This document shows, piece after piece, positions 35,990 to 44,434 of a stretch of DNA of 64,000 nucleotides. This stretch comes from Escherichia phage vB_EcoM_JNE01: the sequence record OR670491. One strand, given 5' to 3'. Position 1 is the stretch's first letter. Each line of letters begins with the position of its first letter. The notes beneath the pieces were generated by a model, which saw only the letters and a list, made by a program, of their open reading frames with translations, made no database searches and had not been told where the DNA came from. The position numbers were made by a program, and so were the translations under genes.

Positions 35990-36313
35990 ATGGCTATGAT
36001 CCTTACCCAGAAAGTAGAACTGAAAATTGTAACCTCCTTTGACATTAAAGTTAATCGGTGGACTGATAGCCACGGCAATACTTACCACTCCTGCTACGTG
36101 TCCGCATTGATTGGTGATCGCTGGGAAGACCTGGGACACGAAACCTTTACATACGGTTACGGCACACAAGGCGAGTACACGGGTTTAGAAATCATTAAGG
36201 AAACTGTAATAGGTTTCAACCCGAAAGAGAAAGTACTACACAGAATTGAGAAAGAGATCAACAAAGAAATTACAGTTCGCTACTACGATGTAAAACGTAA
36301 GAAAGACATGTAA
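35990..36313 (+). CDS. hypothetical protein (paralog of 29141..29464)
   Basis: shared RWTD.HGNTYHSCYVS and C-terminal KRKKDM. Confidence 0.6.
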   Translation: MAMILTQKVELKIVTSFDIKVNRWTDSHGNTYHSCYVSALIGDRWEDLGHETFTYGYGTQGEYTGLEIIKETVIGFNPKEKVLHRIEKEINKEITVRYYDVKRKKDM

Positions 36314-36325
36314 TAGAATCCATTT

Positions 36326-36364
36326 AAAGTACTATTTGACATTGCCCAGATAGTACTTTATAAT
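36326..36364 (+). promoter_or_regulatory. dyad AAAGTACTAT-N-ATAGTACTTT enclosing TTGACA, abutting TATAAT (operator-like)
   Basis: TTGACA 36337-36342, TATAAT 36359-36364; dyad arms on both sides of -35. Confidence 0.45.
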
Positions 36365-36412
36365 AGACTCTAACTTGTAGTACTAATTAACTTAACTAAT
36401 AGGATGTACACC

Positions 36413-36808
36413 ATGATTACTAAATTCTTCGCTACCCGTGAACAAGCTCGCATCGTTGCCCGTGAGGAAGGTGAAACATTTAAAGACATGGGTAAAGATT
36501 CTCCTACTGGTAAACGCTGGGCGGTACAGTTCAAAGAGATCTCTGATATTGTGAATTCACCTGAGCCTGTACTTACAGCAGCAGAACTAAAGCAAGCTCA
36601 AGAACTGGCTGAAGTACTGAACGCTCAAGATGACTTCTTGAAAGGTTCTGATATTGAAGTTACAGTTAACGCAAATGCATGGACTCACGCGGATCACCTG
36701 GCAAACCTTAAGCGTCCAAGTGAACTGATTCGTAACCAGAAAGAGATCCGTCATGACCGTAAAGGAAACCGTGTTACCGTATACAGTAAACGCCGCCAGG
36801 TTATCTAA
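36413..36808 (+). CDS. hypothetical protein (paralog of 23944..24210 with insertion)
   Basis: FATREQARIVAREEGETFKDMG...HDRKGNRVTVYSKRR. Confidence 0.6.
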   Translation: MITKFFATREQARIVAREEGETFKDMGKDSPTGKRWAVQFKEISDIVNSPEPVLTAAELKQAQELAEVLNAQDDFLKGSDIEVTVNANAWTHADHLANLKRPSELIRNQKEIRHDRKGNRVTVYSKRRQVI

Positions 36809-36831
36809 TACCTTGCAGTACTAACCAACAC

Positions 36832-36859
36832 GGCGGGAAGACAGTTCCCGCCTTTTTTA
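36832..36859 (+). terminator. rho-independent terminator
   Basis: GGCGGGAA-GACAG-TTCCCGCC plus TTTTTT. Confidence 0.65.
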
Positions 36860-36872
36860 TAGGACAAACAAA

Positions 36873-37127
36873 ATGATTAAGGTTCAACTATATAAAGATA
36901 ACATCTTACGGGTACACTATAAAGCACCTCAGAGAATCATCACAAAGGCCGTACAGCTTGCTAATGAGTTTATTAATGGTAACCTATTACCTAGGAAGTT
37001 AAGCAACGGGAAACTGCGTGTAATCGACGTGGACACTAACAACAGGATAGTAATCGAGAACACAGGAAAGATAAACCTTTATGAGCATCAACAATACAAT
37101 AAGAAAATAAAACTAATATCACGTTGA
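36873..37127 (+). CDS. hypothetical small protein
   Basis: 84-aa ORF. Confidence 0.55.
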   Translation: MIKVQLYKDNILRVHYKAPQRIITKAVQLANEFINGNLLPRKLSNGKLRVIDVDTNNRIVIENTGKINLYEHQQYNKKIKLISR

Positions 37128-37180
37128 CAGTACTCAATTGTTTTAGTACTATGTACACATACCAACACGGGAGAAACAAA

Positions 37181-37399
37181 ATGAAATTATCTAAAATCGA
37201 AAAGAAAACTATTGATGAAGCAGTTAAGCACGGTTATACCTTTCGTAATGATTCACATTTTACCAATTTTCAACAAGGGTATCGTACTATTAAAAAACTA
37301 ATTGACAAAGGTTTATTAGTTGAAGTCAATAACGGTAACGGTATCGAGTATCAACCAACACAGGACGCATTTTATTTTAAGAAATATAATATTATCTAA
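37181..37399 (+). CDS. hypothetical small protein
   Basis: start moved to MKLSKIEKK; promoter TTGACA...TACTAT and SD GGGAGAAA. Confidence 0.55.
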   Translation: MKLSKIEKKTIDEAVKHGYTFRNDSHFTNFQQGYRTIKKLIDKGLLVEVNNGNGIEYQPTQDAFYFKKYNII

Positions 37400-37457
37400 T
37401 TGACAGTACTCAAATGTTTTAGTACTATATGTACATACCAACACGGGGGGAAACAAA

Positions 37458-37700
37458 ATGATTACTTTAGAAAAACGTATCAAAGAAACTACATCGCTGG
37501 TGGAACTGTTAACAGTACTCAAATGTAAAACAGCACCATTCAGCACGCCGGACTTTATTAATATGGTTGATGTTAATGGTCGCTATCGTATCACGGTCGA
37601 ACAAGGAGCGGCGAAAGTATTCAGTACTAAAAACACGAAGGAAGTGATCCACGCCGTTAATGTTAAAAAAGTAGTTGCCATTGATAGTAAAGTACTGTAA
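37458..37700 (+). CDS. hypothetical small protein
   Basis: 80-aa ORF; promoter nearly identical to that of 37181. Confidence 0.55.
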   Translation: MITLEKRIKETTSLVELLTVLKCKTAPFSTPDFINMVDVNGRYRITVEQGAAKVFSTKNTKEVIHAVNVKKVVAIDSKVL

Positions 37701-37731
37701 TATAGTTTCATTAACTCAAGGAGATCATGCA

Positions 37732-38316
37732 ATGCGTAATTATACAAAATTCATCCGTACACTGTCAGAAATGGAAACCAACAAAGAGATCCTTTCAGCT
37801 TGTCGGTTAGCTGACCTGGAGATCATCGGTGCTGGTTCTTCCCGTATAGTTTTCGCTTTAAATGATCGGTTAGTGATTAAGGTCGCGAATTGTGATGCGG
37901 GTGTAGAACAAAATGAAACTGAATGTAAGGTATGGAATTTTTTAGACTATGACCGCCCTCAGTTGAAACAGTACTTTGCAAAGGTGCATATGCATTTATG
38001 CGATCCTGATAATATGTTTATCGTTATGGATCGGTTGAGTACTGCAAGCAAAGGCAGTGTGAAGCACGTAAACGCGTGCAATGAATTAAAGTACAATATT
38101 AAACGTAATGCAATCGAACGCCAGCACCGCTTTGCTGATGCACTACAACACGTTGATGATACATTATCAACACTAACGATAAGAGATATCAGAAAACAGA
38201 ATATCGGCCAGGATCGTAATGGACTTATTAAAGTACTTGATTACGGTTTAACCAGCAATATCTGGAATCAGTACTATAAAAAGCGTGATGTGGCAGCAAG
38301 TAAGGTAACACGATAA
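37732..38316 (+). CDS. protein-kinase-like protein (candidate phage Ser/Thr kinase)
   Basis: start moved to MRNYTKF; Gly-loop IGAGSSRIVF, VIKV lysine, catalytic-loop-like IRDIRKQNIG, DFG-like LDYGLT. Confidence 0.55.
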   Translation: MRNYTKFIRTLSEMETNKEILSACRLADLEIIGAGSSRIVFALNDRLVIKVANCDAGVEQNETECKVWNFLDYDRPQLKQYFAKVHMHLCDPDNMFIVMDRLSTASKGSVKHVNACNELKYNIKRNAIERQHRFADALQHVDDTLSTLTIRDIRKQNIGQDRNGLIKVLDYGLTSNIWNQYYKKRDVAASKVTR

Positions 38317-38335
38317 AAAAGATTAAAAAAAGGGA

Positions 38336-38416
38336 TTGACTCCGGTCAGTCCCTTTGCTATTATATATCCATTGAGAGATAACTCACTGACCCATAGGGT
38401 GCGGAAGTGTATCTAT
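38336..38416 (+). promoter_or_regulatory. terminator/promoter hairpin plus conserved element GACCCATAGGGTGCGGAAGTGTATCTAT
   Basis: copy of the module at 35061 and 41086. Confidence 0.45.
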
Positions 38417-38538
38417 TATATAAGTATTCAGTACTGAAAACTATTTTTAAAAAAGTACTTGCATTGTACTTAGAATCAAGTATAATGTTTTATATCGAGA
38501 GGGGGAAATGGTTCTCCCTGGCAATAAGGAATAAAATC

Positions 38539-38760
38539 ATGACTACAATGACTTGCATTTACGCTTCCAATCGTCTGAATGATGCGGCCTTTAATGTTGA
38601 TTCAGAATATCAATGTTATCGGGATGAAAATAAAAAAGTTTTTGTAGTTGATAATAATGGTTTCCATATTGAATTACAATCCGGCTTCACTGGTGTTGAT
38701 GGTAAATCAGTATGGGGCGTACAGGATGATAAAGGCACATATCATTTTAAACGTAATTAA
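38539..38760 (+). CDS. hypothetical small protein
   Basis: start moved to MTTMTCIYAS downstream of promoter hairpin. Confidence 0.55.
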   Translation: MTTMTCIYASNRLNDAAFNVDSEYQCYRDENKKVFVVDNNGFHIELQSGFTGVDGKSVWGVQDDKGTYHFKRN

Positions 38761-38843
38761 GTATTGACAAAGTATATCAGTACTGTATAATAGTTTACAT
38801 CAAGGGGAGAATAGTTCTCCCCGATACTAAAAGGAATAAAATC

Positions 38844-39248
38844 ATGACTACTACTAATCTTGCTCGGAATATCGCCAACGATAAAAATCATGCTGCAATG
38901 GTTGTTGGTTACATTGAAGCTATGCAATTCAGTACTGTACACAATGAGAACGGCGATTACCTGGAAGATTATGAATTATCAGAGCAAGCCCATCAAGCGG
39001 CAGTGATTGCATGTTCTCGCTTCATTGAGAAACACGGTAATGATCTGGAAGTAGTTCGCGGTATGTTTATTGATTACGGTTATGAGCAAGCTGGTCATGA
39101 TCTGTTCCTTACCCGCGAAGGTCACGGAACTGGTTTTTGGGATCGTGGTTTAGGTCACTATGGCGATGTATTCACGAAGTACTGCGAAGAAATCAACGTT
39201 TGCGATCCCTATGTAGGCGATGATAATCTAATCTATATGGGCGAATAA
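38844..39248 (+). CDS. hypothetical protein
   Basis: 134-aa ORF with promoter, hairpin and SD. Confidence 0.65.
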   Translation: MTTTNLARNIANDKNHAAMVVGYIEAMQFSTVHNENGDYLEDYELSEQAHQAAVIACSRFIEKHGNDLEVVRGMFIDYGYEQAGHDLFLTREGHGTGFWDRGLGHYGDVFTKYCEEINVCDPYVGDDNLIYMGE

Positions 39249-39335
39249 AAGTATTTGACAAAGTATATCAGTACTGTATAATAGTTTACATCAAGGGGAG
39301 AATAGTTCTCCCCGATACTAAAAGGAAACAAAATT

Positions 39336-39608
39336 ATGTCCAGCTACTCCGCTACTATGATCATTAAAGATATGAACGGTAATCCTACTTCTGCTGGTGG
39401 ATCATTTGGAAACATTAATTTAGATGGTCGGTTATCCATGCAATCAGCAATCGATGCAGCGAAAGAAGTTTTTAAGAATGAATGTACTGTTAGTAAGCTG
39501 GATTATATGGGATTTGCTATCGAAAAAACTAATCGTTTTGTGGACTACAAAAAACCACTGATGATTGATACTAACCTGAAAGCAAACGAAGTGGAGTACT
39601 TATTATGA
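39336..39608 (+). CDS. hypothetical small protein
   Basis: 90-aa ORF; promoter identical to that of 38844. Confidence 0.6.
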   Translation: MSSYSATMIIKDMNGNPTSAGGSFGNINLDGRLSMQSAIDAAKEVFKNECTVSKLDYMGFAIEKTNRFVDYKKPLMIDTNLKANEVEYLL

Positions 39609-39796
39609 CAGTTGAAGAAGTTAAAAAAGTACTGGCAGTACTACGCTATCATAATCATTGTAAGGTGAAGAATGATCCTGATTATCTTGATTCATCCCTG
39701 GAAGAGGATACACTACAAGCAATAAGCCATATGCAAACATTAGCAAAGCGTATGACCGAAAAGAATAGACCGGACTATATCGGAAATAAAATTTAA
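39605..39796 (+). CDS. hypothetical small protein
   Basis: ATGA overlap with previous gene. Confidence 0.55.
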   Translation: MTVEEVKKVLAVLRYHNHCKVKNDPDYLDSSLEEDTLQAISHMQTLAKRMTEKNRPDYIGNKI

Positions 39797-39882
39797 AAAG
39801 TACTTGCATTGTAGTTAGATTAACGTATAATGTTTTACATAGAGCGGGGGAATAGTTCTCCCGCCAGTCCAGGAGATACACC

Positions 39883-40146
39883 ATGAACACTATCGAAATC
39901 ACTATCAATGCACACGTATACGACAACGTAATCATGCAAACTACTATGACCGCTAATGATACCAGTACTTTGCGGAATACTGTTATTAGTGCTGTATGTG
40001 CCGCTATCGGTGATGTCGCCCTGGAAAATGCAAAACACGTAAACGATGGTTTCACTATGTGCAAACGTGATAACGCAAAACATATCATCGTGGAAGGTTA
40101 CGGCGGTGTAGAATTTAATGTTTATATGAAAAAAGTACTTGCATAA
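39883..40146 (+). CDS. hypothetical small protein
   Basis: 87-aa ORF with promoter, hairpin and SD. Confidence 0.6.
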   Translation: MNTIEITINAHVYDNVIMQTTMTANDTSTLRNTVISAVCAAIGDVALENAKHVNDGFTMCKRDNAKHIIVEGYGGVEFNVYMKKVLA

Positions 40147-40213
40147 TAACTAAAACAAAGTATAATGTTTTGCATAGGGGGAGATATCCTCCCCCACTAA
40201 AAGGAGTAATAAA

Positions 40214-40438
40214 ATGGCTAACTTTGATGAACTGATGCGGGAAGTAGCTAACCTGGCAGAAGAGAAGAAATCATTCGATTCTATCTATAACACCGCTCAC
40301 CGTGATTCAGTACTGGCATGTAACCAGGATCAAAAAGATGAACTAATCGCCACCTATCATGAAGCATGGAAGTACTACCGACAATGGGAGAAAGAAGAAA
40401 GTGAGTCTACCATTGACGGCCTCAATAATCTAATCTAA
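40214..40438 (+). CDS. hypothetical small acidic protein
   Basis: 74-aa ORF with promoter, hairpin and SD. Confidence 0.6.
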   Translation: MANFDELMREVANLAEEKKSFDSIYNTAHRDSVLACNQDQKDELIATYHEAWKYYRQWEKEESESTIDGLNNLI

Positions 40439-40514
40439 AAGTTTTATTTCAGTACTATTGACATAGCTTGATAGTACTGATGTAATAACTTTACTAACTA
40501 CAAGGGGAAACATA

Positions 40515-40772
40515 ATGGATCAGTTCACACAATATCGGGTAAATCATCAAGCTATGGCCTACGTAGAAGACCATAAAACGTTACCAGTACTGCAACCAGT
40601 TAAAGGCCATATCTATCGTGCAATGTCGTGGTGTACGGCCCAGGATGGCTATAAAACCGTAGCCGTTGGTATGTATTGCGGTAATGGTGAATGGTTTGAT
40701 CCAAATAATCCGGTAGCCATTGACAGTACTGAAAAAATGAAATGGGCCGACTACATCGAAGATATTTCATAA
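40515..40772 (+). CDS. hypothetical small protein
   Basis: 85-aa ORF with promoter. Confidence 0.6.
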   Translation: MDQFTQYRVNHQAMAYVEDHKTLPVLQPVKGHIYRAMSWCTAQDGYKTVAVGMYCGNGEWFDPNNPVAIDSTEKMKWADYIEDIS

Positions 40773-40861
40773 AAACTATTTGACAGTACTAACCAGTAAT
40801 GTATAATGTTTTACATAGAGCGGGGAATAGTTCTCCCGCCAATAGTTTGGAGTAAAACATT

Positions 40862-41062
40862 ATGTCTATCGCTATCGCCCTGGTTGAAGTACTGAAAGAA
40901 GCTAAAGCCAACCAGATCGACGTAAAGATCCAGGAACTACAAAACGGCTTAATCGGCTGTACTTGTACCGCTGGTGGAGCGGCAGACTATCGAGAACACG
41001 AATCACTCGAATCACTGGTTCGGTATCTTACCATGATCGTTGATGATTGGAGAATCATCTAA
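40862..41062 (+). CDS. hypothetical small protein
   Basis: 66-aa ORF with promoter and hairpin; contains in-frame Chi octamer. Confidence 0.55.
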   Translation: MSIAIALVEVLKEAKANQIDVKIQELQNGLIGCTCTAGGAADYREHESLESLVRYLTMIVDDWRII

Positions 41063-41085
41063 CAAAAAAAGAATAAAAAAAGGGA

Positions 41086-41159
41086 TTGACTCCGGTCAGT
41101 CCCTTTGCTATTATATACGCATAGACAAAAACTAGCCCACAGGGTGCATAGGTGTATCC
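41086..41159 (+). promoter_or_regulatory. terminator/promoter hairpin plus conserved element AGCCCACAGGGTGCATAGGTGTATCC
   Basis: copy of the module at 35061 and 38336. Confidence 0.45.
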
Positions 41160-41308
41160 AAAATATATAGTTAATAACGGTGAGTAACTATCTGCTGGTG
41201 GAACTAAAACTATTAATAAAAAAGTATTGACAAAGTATATCAGTACTGCAATAATGTATCTCGTAGGGCGGCAATGGTGCGACGGCCCACAAAGTTAGGA
41301 GATTCAAA

Positions 41309-41641
41309 ATGACTACTTCAATCGCTATCGTTAAAGCTTTCATCCGTACTAATGTTTCCTCTGTATTCATCGACGGCCTCGACCGTAACGTAGAATACTC
41401 AATCATTATCGCACAAACGGCAAACGGTTCTCGGTACATCCTGAATGATAGTGAAGCAAATCACTACTACTTCACTAAAGCCACTGGCTTTAAACGCATC
41501 GATGCTGATGTAGTATACGCTAAGATGAATAAGCTGGTAGACAAGATTAACGCTAAAGGTACTATAGATTTACAGTACTGGACCGAAACCGATCCAGAAT
41601 ATGGATCTCACCGCTACCTGAATCCAGGTATCAAAATGTAA
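41309..41641 (+). CDS. hypothetical protein
   Basis: 110-aa ORF with promoter and SD. Confidence 0.6.
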   Translation: MTTSIAIVKAFIRTNVSSVFIDGLDRNVEYSIIIAQTANGSRYILNDSEANHYYFTKATGFKRIDADVVYAKMNKLVDKINAKGTIDLQYWTETDPEYGSHRYLNPGIKM

Positions 41642-41730
41642 AAAGTACTTGCATAGTACTTAGATTCATGTATAATGTTTTACATAGAGAGGGGGAAATG
41701 GTTCTCCCTCCTAAATTAAGGAGTATTGTC

Positions 41731-42132
41731 ATGACTTTTTCTATCAATTCTTATGCTGACGTTTTAGTACTGGCTCGGACTTTTGGTAAAGATGCACTGG
41801 AGTACGCTGTAAGTAATGGCACTATCCAACCGGAACAGTGCCGCATCATTGGAAACTGCAAACGTTGGGCGGTTTCCAATACTATTGCACTGGAAAACTT
41901 CCACGATGGCAACAATGAATATTCTGTTGATGTAGTATTCGAAGCCGTTGATCTCGGCGGTATCTATAATACTAACCTGAATGATGTGCGTATCGTTCGC
42001 ACTGGGTTCGGTGCTTATGATGTATCTATTCGTGAAGCTATGAACACCGGATACATTAGCAAGGACTTACTTGCTCACATCATGCAGCTGTGTACGGAAC
42101 GTAACGAAGCACGCACTATCTTAGGACTGTAA
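41731..42132 (+). CDS. hypothetical protein
   Basis: start moved to MTFSINSYADV downstream of promoter hairpin; SD AAGGAG. Confidence 0.6.
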   Translation: MTFSINSYADVLVLARTFGKDALEYAVSNGTIQPEQCRIIGNCKRWAVSNTIALENFHDGNNEYSVDVVFEAVDLGGIYNTNLNDVRIVRTGFGAYDVSIREAMNTGYISKDLLAHIMQLCTERNEARTILGL

Positions 42133-42200
42133 GCGTTACACATCACCAAACATCATAGGCCGCCTTGTAGCGGCCTTAACTATATCAGGAGTACATACAC

Positions 42201-42410
42201 ATGATCTATACAGTATACAGCGTTCTAGGCACTATTGCAGGCGTACATGATAACGTCGATAGTGCTATGCGTACAGTACTGCAACAGGTTCCACTAAAGC
42301 CTAAGACCATTAAGCAGATGACAGCACGACTAACCAGGGCGACGGCTGGCGTGGAAGTATGGCAGGACTATGGGGATACACAGATAATCGTAAGCGTAAC
42401 GAAGGATTAA
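42201..42410 (+). CDS. hypothetical small protein
   Basis: 69-aa ORF, SD AGGAG. Confidence 0.55.
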   Translation: MIYTVYSVLGTIAGVHDNVDSAMRTVLQQVPLKPKTIKQMTARLTRATAGVEVWQDYGDTQIIVSVTKD

Positions 42411-42585
42411 TGCGTAAAAGGATTTAGTACTGATGCATTTTAAATTTTAGTCATTTTTTAAAAACTACGCAAAAAAACTAAACCAATACCTTAGCGTAAT
42501 AGTTTAGGGATTGGACTATGTTTTTATGCGTGGGGGGGCTAGTATGGGGTAACCTTAGCTCGATCGTGAAGTAGCCCATAGGGTA

Positions 42586-42613
42586 TTGACTTTTTATATG
42601 GAACGTGTAAAAT
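42586..42613 (+). promoter_or_regulatory. sigma70-like promoter (TTGACT-16-TAAAAT) for the LGT-family array
   Basis: preceded by truncated conserved element AGCCCATAGGGTAT. Confidence 0.45.
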
Positions 42614-42643
42614 CTGAATGATATAAATTATCAAGGAGTCCCC

Positions 42644-42874
42644 GTGAAAAACTTAAGTAAAGATGAATACGATGAGTTACTTATACGAACTGTTAATAAA
42701 GCCTTTGGAGCCGCTACACCGTTGATACGTTTGGATTACTTCCTTTCGGCTACTCTAGGAACTAACTATCAGGATTTTTGGATAGATAAGTATATTGCAC
42801 AACTAAAAGAAGATATAACTTACAAGGTAGTCAATTACACTATACAAAACGCTATTACTAAAGGTAACAAATGA
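42644..42874 (+). CDS. LGT-family small protein
   Basis: GTG start with SD AAGGAG; motif LGTNYQDF. Confidence 0.6.
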   Translation: MKNLSKDEYDELLIRTVNKAFGAATPLIRLDYFLSATLGTNYQDFWIDKYIAQLKEDITYKVVNYTIQNAITKGNK

Positions 42875-43098
42875 AAGTCATAACACAAACACAAGCGTAT
42901 TCACTTATGCTGCTTTACATGGATGACTTAACCAGTATCTCCCGTGACCTCAATCCTTTGATTAGGGGTCATCTGCAATGTGAGATTCGCATGTTGGCTG
43001 TACTGGGGACCAACTTTCAACTGGAGTACGTTGAAGAATATCTTTACGCACTGAAGAGGTATATTGCACATGAAGCACATCTCGCCGGACGAACATGA
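42871..43098 (+). CDS. LGT-family small protein
   Basis: ATGA overlap; motif LGTNFQLEY. Confidence 0.6.
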   Translation: MKVITQTQAYSLMLLYMDDLTSISRDLNPLIRGHLQCEIRMLAVLGTNFQLEYVEEYLYALKRYIAHEAHLAGRT

Positions 43099-43288
43099 AG
43101 AAATCATTAGAAAACTCACACAGCAAGCATTAAATCTGTATAACGATCCATCTAAAACATGGTATGAAAATAGAATCGCAGTGAGTGACTTATGGGTTCT
43201 GCACTTTATCGGGACACAGTATCAAGAAAGGTATCTGGATCACTTGATTGGACATTTACTGCAAGGAATTATAATTAAATGCGAATGA
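43070..43288 (+). CDS. LGT-family small protein
   Basis: start at ATG 43070 (29-nt overlap); motif IGTQYQERY. Confidence 0.55.
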   Translation: MKHISPDEHEEIIRKLTQQALNLYNDPSKTWYENRIAVSDLWVLHFIGTQYQERYLDHLIGHLLQGIIIKCE

Positions 43289-43527
43289 AAATCCTAAGCG
43301 AAGTAGAATTTTCTGAAAGAATGAAACTAGGAAGAAACGCCAGATTAAAAGTCTACGATGAAGTGGAGTTAACTAACACACAAAGAGCCGTAAAGCGTAT
43401 GGAAATAACATTACCTTACTTCCTTGGGACGAACTATCAGGAAACGATGATAATGAACTATATAAATGAACTTAAAATTCATATCCATGAAACATATCAA
43501 GGTGTACTGAATGAAAAAACTAAGTAA
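43279..43527 (+). CDS. LGT-family small protein
   Basis: motif LGTNYQETM. Confidence 0.55.
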   Translation: MRMKILSEVEFSERMKLGRNARLKVYDEVELTNTQRAVKRMEITLPYFLGTNYQETMIMNYINELKIHIHETYQGVLNEKTK

Positions 43528-43753
43528 TTACGATTACTTCAAACTATTGGACGGCATCAAAGGTGACATACGTTTAATTCATCAAACTGAATACATTCCA
43601 AGGGACGATAGGATTATTATTGTATCAGAAATGAAACTCAAACTCCTTGTGGGAACCGATAGACAGAATATCGCGGTGGACTTACTTATATCATCCTTAC
43701 GCAATAAGATATGGAACCAATATAATGAAGACAATCGACATAAAGGAATTTAA
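43511..43753 (+). CDS. LGT-family small protein
   Basis: motif VGTDRQNIA. Confidence 0.55.
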   Translation: MKKLSNYDYFKLLDGIKGDIRLIHQTEYIPRDDRIIIVSEMKLKLLVGTDRQNIAVDLLISSLRNKIWNQYNEDNRHKGI

Positions 43754-43952
43754 CATTAGACTGGCTCGAACTCGTGCACTAAGACAACAGATTTTCTACG
43801 ATACAAACACACCACAAACCAAAAAGGATGTTGCAATATCAGAGATTAACATGTATAGTACCTTGGGAACGCAATACCAAGAGATGTACGTCCAAGAGCA
43901 TGTACTGAACTTAAAAAAGGAAATCCAACATGAAATACATCGATGCCGCTGA
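43725..43952 (+). CDS. LGT-family small protein
   Basis: start moved to MKTIDIKEF; motif LGTQYQEMY. Confidence 0.55.
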   Translation: MKTIDIKEFNIRLARTRALRQQIFYDTNTPQTKKDVAISEINMYSTLGTQYQEMYVQEHVLNLKKEIQHEIHRCR

Positions 43953-44169
43953 AAAACAACGTAGATTAATGGAATCGCTTAAAGCATGTAAAAAGATTTT
44001 CAATGACTATACGATTACACATGAAGAACGAATGGTGCTAATCGCTGAAACCCGCGTTCTGGTTATGCTGGGAACATCTGAACAGGAAGGTGCAGTTGAA
44101 ATCTTACTTAAGGAAATGCAATTCCACTTAAAACGAAGAGGCAAAGATGAAACACTTGACAAGCGATGA
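43930..44169 (+). CDS. LGT-family small protein
   Basis: motif LGTSEQEGA. Confidence 0.55.
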   Translation: MKYIDAAEKQRRLMESLKACKKIFNDYTITHEERMVLIAETRVLVMLGTSEQEGAVEILLKEMQFHLKRRGKDETLDKR

Positions 44170-44434
44170 ATTGAATGCTAAATTAAACCATGCGTTCACA
44201 GTAAGAACCAGAATTATGATGAACAAGAATTACAGCATAAACGAAAAACGTATCCTCTGTGTAGAAGCTACGATGGGTGTACTGTTGGGAACCACTAAGC
44301 AAGAGCATCACGTTAATCTTGTTATCTCGGAGTTACTCCAGGAAATCAAAGGTAAAATCTATATTCAAAATATGAGTAAAGCTATCCACAGAAAGGATAT
44401 TGACTCTATCGTATCTTTAAACAGAGAAATTTAA
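44147..44434 (+). CDS. LGT-family small protein
   Basis: motif LGTTKQEHH. Confidence 0.55.
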   Translation: MKHLTSDELNAKLNHAFTVRTRIMMNKNYSINEKRILCVEATMGVLLGTTKQEHHVNLVISELLQEIKGKIYIQNMSKAIHRKDIDSIVSLNREI

